Assembly (NCBI GenBank): GCA_038046605.1
Contig: JBBSVW010000016.1
Location: 1-19,251 of the forward strand
DNA: 19,251 bases
Origin: Candidatus Micrarchaeota archaeon
GTDB taxonomy: Archaea > Micrarchaeota > Micrarchaeia > Norongarragalinales > SBBD01
Direction: 5' to 3'
Below the pieces are notes generated by a model that made no database searches, was not told the DNA's origin, and saw nothing but the letters and a program-made list of their open reading frames with translations. A program made the translations under genes and the position numbers. Below, piece after piece: positions 1 to 6,709 of this stretch; position 1 is the stretch's first letter; each line of letters starts with the position of its first letter.

Positions 1-32
1 TCCCAAGACATGTACTACAATAAGAAGTTCAA

Positions 33-46
33 ATATATAAGTCTTT
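33..46 (-). promoter_or_regulatory. Possible BRE/TATA promoter for a gene leaving the left edge
   Basis: Minus strand AAAGAC-TTATATAT, with an ATG (CAT at 9-11) about 21 nt downstream, a spacing compatible with a leaderless archaeal transcript. The gene itself is outside the window. Confidence 0.35.
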
Positions 47-94
47 GCCTATAATTAGACTTAATTAGTTTCGCTTGAGGTTTTGGTTGGTCAA

Positions 95-1414
95 CTATAG
101 CTCGAAAGAGTCTCCAACAGCCGGTATGTAGACCTCGATTTCCTGCCCATCCTTTTCCGCCTGCTTAACAATAGCCGCCTTGAATTCGGTTTGCTTTTCG
201 CCCTCGCCGTGCACAATGAAGACTTTTTTCAGGCCTTTTACCGCCCGGACAACTTGGAGCAGTTCCCTTTGGTCGGAGTGGCCCGATAGGTTTGCGCGCT
301 CGATTTGGAGGCCGATGTCAATTTTGCGGTTTCCTGCAACGAGTGTTTTTGCGCCATCGAGCAAAGATCTGCCCGGTGTGCCTTCCGCCTGGAAGCCGGT
401 GAAGAAGAGCTTGTTTTTGGGATCGGCTCCCAGTTCTTCCAAATAGGAGAGCACGGGGCCGCCATTTAGCATTCCGGAGGTTGTGACAATTATGCATTTT
501 CCGCTTTCAAAAACATCGCTTCTGTCCTTGCGCTGCGGAAGCACATAATGGGGTGATTTGAATGGGTCGTCATCGGAGGTAAGGATCCGGCGCTTTATTT
601 CATCCTTCAAATAGAGCGCATTATGCCGATAAACTTTAAGCATCTTCTTGACCATTCCGTCAATGAAAATTGGGACTTTTTCGAGCTTGCCGGAGCGCAT
701 GTAATTTTCGAGTATGAAGAGCACTTCCTGCCCCCTGCCTGTTGCAAAGGTTGGGACTATTACTTTGCCGCCGTGATTGAGTGTTTTTTGCACACCTTCC
801 ACGAATGCATTTGCGGAATCCTTGGCGGCGGGGTGCATATCCTTGTTTGCGCCATAGGTGCTTTCGATGATCAGGATTTCCCCTTCCAAATATTGGTATT
901 TGGCCCCATCAACCAGGCGCGAATCGCGCGTGTTGATATCGCCGGTATAAATGACTTTTTTCTCATCGAAAATCTCGGTTATGGCAGCGCCCAGTATATG
1001 GCCGGCGGGAGTGAATTTGAATGATTTCGAGGAATCCAACTCGCCAAATTCGAGCAGCTCGGTGTTCTTTAGGAGATGATTGACATCGCGTTCGTTGTAG
1101 GGGGAAAATCCGGTGTTGAGCTTTAGGTAGTCAGCAAGAAGGATTTGAATGAGGTCGCGCGTTGGCTTTGTAAGGGTTATTTTTCCGCGGTAGCCGGAAG
1201 CGTAAAGGGCTGGGGCGTAGCCGGAGTGGTCCATATGGGCGTGCGAGAGTATTACCTTGTCAATTGAACGGATAACCCGGGATTCAAGGGTTGGGAACTC
1301 CTCGCGCTTGCTTTTGAGCTTTACGCCGCAATCAAGCAGGAGCCTATGCTTGCCCTCCAAAAGAAAGCAGCTGCGGCCTACCTCCTTTGATGCGCCGAAA
1401 AATGAAAGTTGCGT
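95..1414 (-). CDS. Beta-CASP metallo-beta-lactamase-fold ribonuclease (aCPSF-like, no N-terminal KH domains), about 439 aa
   Basis: Motifs SHAHMDHSG (HxHxDH), AGHILG, YTGD, ESTYG, FATGRGQE, SGML, GFQAEGTPG, SGHSD and VHGE. The frame extends upstream of the ORF-track TTG (1360) through the family N-terminus QLSFFGASKEVGRSCFLL to an ACG at 1414-1412; an in-frame TGA lies at 1423-1421. The start position is inferred. Confidence 0.93.
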   Translation of the reverse strand, partial: TQLSFFGASKEVGRSCFLLEGKHRLLLDCGVKLKSKREEFPTLESRVIRSIDKVILSHAHMDHSGYAPALYASGYRGKITLTKPTRDLIQILLADYLKLNTGFSPYNERDVNHLLKNTELLEFGELDSSKSFKFTPAGHILGAAITEIFDEKKVIYTGDINTRDSRLVDGAKYQYLEGEILIIESTYGANKDMHPAAKDSANAFVEGVQKTLNHGGKVIVPTFATGRGQEVLFILENYMRSGKLEKVPIFIDGMVKKMLKVYRHNALYLKDEIKRRILTSDDDPFKSPHYVLPQRKDRSDVFESGKCIIVTTSGMLNGGPVLSYLEELGADPKNKLFFTGFQAEGTPGRSLLDGAKTLVAGNRKIDIGLQIERANLSGHSDQRELLQVVRAVKGLKKVFIVHGEGEKQTEFKAAIVKQAEKDGQEIEVYIPAVGDSFEL

Positions 1415-1420
1415 ATTATT

Positions 1421-1425
1421 TCACC
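1421..1425 (-). promoter_or_regulatory. Shine-Dalgarno GGTGA of the beta-CASP gene
   Basis: Minus strand GGTGA-AATAAT-ACG, a 6-nt spacer to the codon occupying the expected Met1 position. Confidence 0.7.
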
Positions 1426-1607
1426 AAAATTAAAAATTGCATGAATTGAAAAGACGGGATTGGAACGGACGCATGGAAGAGGGCCGCATAAATTACAAGT
1501 TGAATATGGCAAGGAAAAAATGCCGGCGAATGAAGGCAATATCGCCTGCAATTGCAAGGCAAATTCACGCCGTTCAACTCAACTTCTACCCAAATCCAAA
1601 AAATAAA

Positions 1608-2009
1608 TCATCCAGCAGAGGGCTTTGCATCAACCTTGAATTTCTGAACCGTGATTGGCGCTGGGACCCCAACTGAAAAGGCCAGGAGGGAGCCGATAGC
1701 CATGCCCGTATACGTCACGGAATTTAGCATCTGCTCGGCAATTGGCCTATCGATGTTCTTGCTTTTCTTCCATTTTTCATCGAATTCCTTCATTGCCTTT
1801 TCGGTATCCTTCATGTGGATCTCGCCTTCGATTTGCATTTTTGCAAGCCTGGGCTGGTAATCGATGTCGTAGGAATACTTTACTACCAGATGGCCACCCC
1901 TAAGGCCGACCTCTTTTATCACAAGATTTAGCGATAGGGAAGTTTGCCTCACATCCTCGACAAATTTTTCCGCGTGCGTTTTTGTTACCCGCCCCCCGAT
2001 TATTTCCAT
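1608..2009 (-). CDS. Conserved small archaeal protein, 133 aa (tentatively SecB-like/Arcadin-1-like fold)
   Basis: ATG with GAGGTG RBS. N-terminal MEIIGGRVTKTHAEK, alternating beta-strand pattern, C-terminal helix and VPAPI motif resemble a widespread archaeal family of about 130-150 aa. The fold assignment is from memory and unverified. Confidence 0.7.
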   Translation of the reverse strand: MEIIGGRVTKTHAEKFVEDVRQTSLSLNLVIKEVGLRGGHLVVKYSYDIDYQPRLAKMQIEGEIHMKDTEKAMKEFDEKWKKSKNIDRPIAEQMLNSVTYTGMAIGSLLAFSVGVPAPITVQKFKVDAKPSAG

Positions 2010-2117
2010 AAAAAAGCACCTCTAAAAAGTTCATGGGATGGGAAAAGGATTTGCTGCCTTGCGCTTTTGCGCAAAAACAACGCCTGCCCCGCCTGCCCGA
2101 TTACCTATCTTTATGTG

Positions 2118-2133
2118 GAAAACGTATTTTAAA
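2118..2133. promoter_or_regulatory. BRE/TATA-like element in the divergent intergenic region
   Basis: GAAAACG-TA-TTTTAAA between divergent genes. The TTTAAA core is symmetric and could serve either direction. Confidence 0.45.
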
Positions 2134-2222
2134 CCCCTGCAGACCTAAGGCTTGAAGGCACGAAGCGGAATGCGGATGGATCTACGCTAAGGGGCCAATG
2201 GATTGGAGATGGGTACGCAAAC

Positions 2223-3938
2223 ATGATGGAACTTCGGAAAAACATCGGCTATGTCATCGGCGCGCTTGGCATCCTTGCGGCCTTTTTCCTATTTAGCAGG
2301 TATTTCCTCCAAACTTCTGCGGATCTTTTTGCGCTCCCATTGCTCGCCTTTTACTCCTTTTACAGGATGTTTTTCGCATACGTCCTCTCGCTTCTCTTCT
2401 CGCTTGTTTATGGATACTATGCGGCCACCAACAAGCGCGCTGCAAAGGCAATGCTGCTAATTCTTGATGTGCTCCAATCCGTGCCAATCCTTGGCTTTTT
2501 CCCGGCGGCGGTGTTCCTGATAGTTTCGACATTCAATGGGTCCGTCCTTGGCCTTGAGATTGCATCCATCTTCCTGATATTCACAAGCATGGTATGGAAC
2601 ATGACCTTCGATGTGTACGAATCGCTAATCACGATACCAAAGGATGTGCTGGCGGCCTCGAAGGCATTTGGCCTCAAGCGCTTTTTGCTCTTCAAGAACC
2701 TGATCCTTCCGGCAACCATCCCAAAGCTGATATACAACAGCATGATCTCATGGGCGGGGGGTTGGTATTTCCTGATTGCAAGTGAAATAATCTCGCTTGG
2801 AAGCACAACGCACAAGCTTCCAGGCATTGGAAGCTACCTTCTTGAAACAACAGCCAGGGGGGATATTCCAGCATCCCTTCTGGGCCTTGGGACCCTCATG
2901 CTCATCATTATCGCAATGGACCTTCTCATTTGGAGGCCCCTGACGGTTTGGTCGGATAAATTCAAGTACGAATCAACAAAGGGCAAGGGCGGGATGAAAT
3001 CCGCGGTATACAGCTTTTACAAATGGTCGCCGGCGATGATTGCGGCAAGGAAAATCCTCTCAAAGGCGTATGATTCCCTTCTTGATGACATGGAAAAGAT
3101 TGTGGAGTGGGTGGAGAAAAAAAACCTCTTCAATAGGAACTATAGGCGCGCATTCAACATCGTAAGGTATGGCGCCCTCATCATTGCACTCGCGCTTTTG
3201 CTCAACGGATTTTGGCTCATCCTTTCACTTGCGCTTTCAATTGCATTCGAACCGCTGCCTGTTGAGGCATATGAAATTCCCCTTGCACTCGCCTATTCAT
3301 TCGTGCGCTTGGTGGTGGCATTCATCATTGCACTTGCTTGGACGCTTCCCACGGCAATTTTTGTCATGCGAAATCCAAGCTATAGGCGCTTTTTGGTGCC
3401 GTTTTTTGAAATCATCGCGGCAATTCCTTCCCCTGCGCTATTCCCAATAATCATACTTTTTGCCCTATTTGCAACAAAGAGCCTGGGGTTTGCGGCAATC
3501 CTTCTGATAATGACCGGAATGCAATGGTATTTGCTTTTCAATGCGATGGCAGGGGTTAGGAACCTTCCAACCGACCTTGATGAGGCGGCGGGGGCATTTG
3601 GCGTGAAGGGCAACTTGTATTACCGCAGGGTTTTCATTCCAGCGATGCTCCCATCCCTGATTACGGGCTGCATCACGGCATTTGGCGGCGGTTGGAACGC
3701 GCTTGTTATTGCGGAATATGTTAGGTTTGCAGGCTGCGAGGGCGGGGTTTGCATGGTTACGGGGATCGGATCATTCCTTAGTAAAACTACCTATAGCACG
3801 GTGCTTGCCCCATCCGTGCAGGCAAAGCTTATTTTCCTAAGCCTTCTTGCGATGGTTGCCGCAATTTTCCTTATGAACCATTTCTTCTGGAGGAAAATTT
3901 ACAATCACGTGCTCAAGAGGTATAGGCTTGAGGGTTAA
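2223..3938 (+). CDS. ABC transporter permease with two fused transmembrane modules (NitT/TauT anion type, COG4986-like)
   Basis: Two hydrophobic halves with matching motifs: LDVLQSVPILGFFP...WNMTF...IPKDVLAASKAFG...WAGGWYFLIASE and FEIIAAIPSPALFP...QWYLLFN...LPTDLDEAAGAFG...FGGGWNALVIAE (EAA loop). Confidence 0.9.
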   Translation: MMELRKNIGYVIGALGILAAFFLFSRYFLQTSADLFALPLLAFYSFYRMFFAYVLSLLFSLVYGYYAATNKRAAKAMLLILDVLQSVPILGFFPAAVFLIVSTFNGSVLGLEIASIFLIFTSMVWNMTFDVYESLITIPKDVLAASKAFGLKRFLLFKNLILPATIPKLIYNSMISWAGGWYFLIASEIISLGSTTHKLPGIGSYLLETTARGDIPASLLGLGTLMLIIIAMDLLIWRPLTVWSDKFKYESTKGKGGMKSAVYSFYKWSPAMIAARKILSKAYDSLLDDMEKIVEWVEKKNLFNRNYRRAFNIVRYGALIIALALLLNGFWLILSLALSIAFEPLPVEAYEIPLALAYSFVRLVVAFIIALAWTLPTAIFVMRNPSYRRFLVPFFEIIAAIPSPALFPIIILFALFATKSLGFAAILLIMTGMQWYLLFNAMAGVRNLPTDLDEAAGAFGVKGNLYYRRVFIPAMLPSLITGCITAFGGGWNALVIAEYVRFAGCEGGVCMVTGIGSFLSKTTYSTVLAPSVQAKLIFLSLLAMVAAIFLMNHFFWRKIYNHVLKRYRLEG

Positions 3939-3958
3939 GCAAGGTCCAAGGATTTGGA

Positions 3959-3992
3959 TTTTTAAACATTGGGGGAAATAAGGGATTGGTGA
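3959..3992 (+). promoter_or_regulatory. TATA-like box and RBS of the orphan ORF
   Basis: TTTTTAAA at 3959-3966 and GGTGA at 3988-3992, 5 nt before ATG 3998. Confidence 0.45.
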
Positions 3993-3997
3993 TGATT

Positions 3998-4456
3998 ATG
4001 GCACGGGAATTAAGCATGGGGGAATCGAGGGAAGCAGCTGGTTTTCGTAGCGAACTGATCGCTGCAACCTCAAAAGCCGAATCACATATTGATTCATTTT
4101 TGGGAAAATTGAGAAATATAAAAAAAGACGGGCCGAGTGGAATTACAGCTGAGATGAAGGTTGGAGGCGTTTTCGGATTGGGGGGGACGAACCTAAGAAT
4201 TGCGATGCGGATCGAAAAGGGCAATTTATTGGGGGATATACTACATCCAAAGCTTGGAGATAAGAAAGTTACATTTCAGATTTCTCAAGGTATCCTAAAT
4301 CATGGTTTTGAACAGGGAATTAACCCCGAGAGTAAGGCAGCCAAAACGGCAAAACAAGCGATATTTGCGGGGGAACTTCAAGAAATTTCAAAAAGGTTCA
4401 GGGACCAGTATAAAACAACAGGAAAAGTATCTGGTGGAGGATCAGATGGAACCTAA
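3998..4456 (+). CDS. Hypothetical protein, 152 aa
   Basis: Fills the gap between the permease and the convergent PINA gene. The GGTGA RBS favours ATG 3998 over TTG 3986. No family recognised. Confidence 0.65.
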   Translation: MARELSMGESREAAGFRSELIAATSKAESHIDSFLGKLRNIKKDGPSGITAEMKVGGVFGLGGTNLRIAMRIEKGNLLGDILHPKLGDKKVTFQISQGILNHGFEQGINPESKAAKTAKQAIFAGELQEISKRFRDQYKTTGKVSGGGSDGT

Positions 4457-4483
4457 AGGTACCCCCTCTTATGCCATCTACTC

Positions 4484-6142
4484 CTAAGACTTCTTCACAT
4501 CAATCCGCATGCCAAGCTTCTTTTCAAGCTTGATGATGTTTGCTCCGCGCTTTCCAATTACTCTTGCAAACTGGTGGTCCGGGACGTACAAAATGAGCTT
4601 GCTTCCGGCAATTTCGTAGGTGTAGCTGTCAAGTTCGGAGGTAAGGATGCGCTTGATCTTGTCCTCGTCAATATCGGGGGAGACGGAAAAATCATCCCCA
4701 TCATCGCTCCCGCTTGAAAATTTGTCGTGCCAGCTTCCTTTGCCGCCCTTTCCGTGCTTGTCGAATTTCCCTCCCTTTATGCCACCGCCCTCCCTTTTCT
4801 TGAGGGGAAAAACAACTGTTTCCTCCCCGAACTTGTAGATTTCATATTCGGGGGATTTGGTTACGAAATCAAAAACCTCAATTACCGGCCTGGAAAGGTC
4901 CTGCTCGAACATTCCGGCGGGGACTTTCATCGTTAGCCGGAGCTCGTATACCTTGTCAACACGGCCTTTTGAAACAAAGAGGATGGTGTCGATGATTTGG
5001 GGGATCATTCCCAGATCGATTTTGCCAATGAAGCGCTGGATTGCATCAATTGGTTTTGATGCGTGCACCACTCCAACCATTCCAATTCCTGCCAAACGCA
5101 GGTCAGAGAAGGTGTGGAAATCATCGGGCTTTCGGATTTCATCATAGATAGTGTAATCTGGCCGAACAAGCAGCAATATGTCAGCTGCCTGCATGAAGGA
5201 GCCCTCAAGCGGAGCGTACTGCGTTATTTCCTTGCTTACCTGCAAATCGCGTGGCGACTCCAAAGTTTTGATAATTTTGTTGCTTGAGGAGTAATATTCA
5301 GCAAGCGCCGTTGCAAGGGTTGATTTGCCTGAGCCAGGGGGGCCGGCAATCAAAATGCCCTCGGCATGTGATTGGAGCCTTTCGAATAGCTCTTGGGAAA
5401 GCGCATAGTCCTCGATTTTCATCTTTGCAATTGGCCTAACTAGCGTAAGCTCAAATCCTTCCGAAAATGGGGGCCGCGTGAATGTAACACGGAAATCGTT
5501 GATTTGGAGGACGGTTGCGCCCTTCTTGTCGATTTCAATGAAGCTTTTTTGCTCCCGTTTTGAAAACTCAATTGCCTCCTTTACCATCTGCTCGATTTCT
5601 TCCTTGGTAACCGGTTCCTTGGAAAGTTCAGTTAGTTCGAATTGGCCTGGAAGCCCAATTTTTGCCCTTGGGGGGCAGTTTTCCTTCAAATGCACAGATA
5701 GGGTGTTTTTCTGGGTGAAATATTTGGTGAAGGAAAGTTTGGCTTCCATAACTATGGGGCGCAGGTATTCAACGTCAATGCCCTCTGCCTGTGCAACCCT
5801 GCTTTGGACGGCATCGGTTGTCATCAAGGTGGCATCGAGATCTTTTGCAAGGCCCCGAATTTTTGAATCAATCTCGCCAAACCGCGCATTCTTGATCTCA
5901 AAGGGGGATGGCCGCTCGCCCTCAAACTTGACTTCAAGCTTTCCTGCCTTTTGCATCTGCTGGAGCTTTTTTAGTTCCTCCAGGCCCGTAAAGCCTACTT
6001 CCCGGCCTACATTTGCCTGGTATTCCAGTTCGGCAATTACTGCCCGGGAGATGACCAGCCTTATTTTTTCATGCCCCGATTGGAGCATTTCCGATATCCG
6101 GCCATCAATCAGGACGCCGGTGTCGGGAACAATTACTTTCAT
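4484..6142 (-). CDS. PIN domain-ATPase-KH protein (PINA-like, COG1855)
   Basis: N-terminal PIN (VPDTGVLID, AELE, EIDSKI, TTD), Walker A GPPGSGKS, LESPRDLQ, Walker B IYDEIR, GVVHA, C-terminal KH motif VIGKRGANI. Confidence 0.93.
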   Translation of the reverse strand: MKVIVPDTGVLIDGRISEMLQSGHEKIRLVISRAVIAELEYQANVGREVGFTGLEELKKLQQMQKAGKLEVKFEGERPSPFEIKNARFGEIDSKIRGLAKDLDATLMTTDAVQSRVAQAEGIDVEYLRPIVMEAKLSFTKYFTQKNTLSVHLKENCPPRAKIGLPGQFELTELSKEPVTKEEIEQMVKEAIEFSKREQKSFIEIDKKGATVLQINDFRVTFTRPPFSEGFELTLVRPIAKMKIEDYALSQELFERLQSHAEGILIAGPPGSGKSTLATALAEYYSSSNKIIKTLESPRDLQVSKEITQYAPLEGSFMQAADILLLVRPDYTIYDEIRKPDDFHTFSDLRLAGIGMVGVVHASKPIDAIQRFIGKIDLGMIPQIIDTILFVSKGRVDKVYELRLTMKVPAGMFEQDLSRPVIEVFDFVTKSPEYEIYKFGEETVVFPLKKREGGGIKGGKFDKHGKGGKGSWHDKFSSGSDDGDDFSVSPDIDEDKIKRILTSELDSYTYEIAGSKLILYVPDHQFARVIGKRGANIIKLEKKLGMRIDVKKS

Positions 6143-6285
6143 GTATTTTCATCCTCAAAATCGTTTCTTTTTGTACCAACCCTACTTTTTCTCCGCAAAG
6201 AGCCAAATGCTCTTTGGGGCCGCGCAGAACGTGTTCTGCTCGGTTCGAAAGAAAAAGCTGGGTTGTCTGGAACAATTACTTTCAT
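6139..6285 (-). CDS. Putative 48-aa upstream ORF coupled to PINA
   Basis: GAGGT RBS; MKVIVPDNPAFSFEPSRTRSARPQRAFGSLRRKSRVGTKRNDFEDENT*. Its TGA overlaps the PINA ATG (ATGA). Translation is not demonstrated. Confidence 0.45.
   Translation of the reverse strand: MKVIVPDNPAFSFEPSRTRSARPQRAFGSLRRKSRVGTKRNDFEDENT
6177..6265 (-). other. Palindromic three-way-junction element (MITE/REP-like or structured leader)
   Basis: Outer imperfect inverted repeat CAACCCTACTTTTTCT (6177-6192) / AGAAAAAGCTGGGTTG (6250-6265) enclosing hairpins CAAAGAGC/GCTCTTTG (6196-6216) and CCGCGCAGAAC/GTTCTGCTCGG (6220-6243). Confidence 0.75.
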
Positions 6286-6592
6286 ATCTTTTTACCTCAT
6301 GTTAGCAAACTTTCCAGTTTTTTCCCTTTGGGAAATGCTGGGTTTACTCTAGACCTTCTAAGTTGAACGAAAAGAAACAGACTTTTGATGCCTTTAACCT
6401 TTTGCCTAATCCTAGAACAAGTTATGTAATATGGGGTTTTGTATATTTAATTGTATCTTTTAGGTGAGTATAGTGGCCAGGTTCGGATCTATTGAAGTTT
6501 GGGACAACTCGTAGCAACCCCTAAATCATACATGATTCCCGCAGTTCGTTCTATCAAGACAGTATTTATATAGAGTATATAGGGCTGGTTTC

Positions 6593-6606
6593 CAAAGGTT
6601 TAAATA
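6593..6606 (+). promoter_or_regulatory. BRE/TATA promoter of the surface-protein genes
   Basis: CAAAGG-TTTAAATA about 100 nt upstream of ATG 6710. Confidence 0.6.
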
Positions 6607-6661
6607 CTTCTTGTCCCTAATTAGTAGTAACATGTTTGTGGTGAAAATAAGGGGGTAGGGG

Positions 6662-6698
6662 CGACACGCGTAGGGGGCTTAGCCCCCTAGAGGTGTCG
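6662..6698 (+). promoter_or_regulatory. GC-rich hairpin in the 5' leader of the 1849-aa gene
   Basis: CGACAC/GTGTCG (6 bp), a 3x3 internal loop, then TAGGGGGC/GCCCCCTA (8 bp) with a TTA loop; ends at the GAGGGG RBS. Confidence 0.75.
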
Positions 6699-6709
6699 AG
6701 GGGATTACT

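Larger units (their letters stand above)
6121..6285 (-). repeat. 22-bp direct repeat of the PINA gene start (6121-6142 and 6264-6285)
   Basis: ATGAAAGTAATTGTTCC(C/A)GACA, 21/22 identical, 143 bp apart; each copy has TGAGG upstream. Confidence 0.9.

Noticed and set aside
1437-1676. 79-aa plus-strand ORF
   Set aside because: TTG start, overlaps the 133-aa gene in antisense and covers the leader of the nuclease gene; no recognisable features.
2134-2222. GGAGATGG and GGATGGA segments suggesting a fluoride riboswitch ahead of the anion permease
   Set aside because: The required P1 pairing and downstream pseudoknot partner are not present.
5478-6305. 275-aa plus-strand ORF
   Set aside because: Antisense shadow of the well-supported PINA gene.
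6301-6309. GTTAGCAAA identical to one ATPase operator repeat
   Set aside because: A single 9-mer match in 19 kb can occur by chance and there is no array.
6462-6514. GGTGA followed by a GTG-initiated 13-codon ORF
   Set aside because: Too short to support without expression data.
6632-6709. Three in-frame TAG codons upstream of the 1849-aa gene as possible amber recoding
   Set aside because: TAG ends several clear genes here (beta-CASP, PINA, 1849-aa, dcd), and the signal peptide starts properly at 6710.
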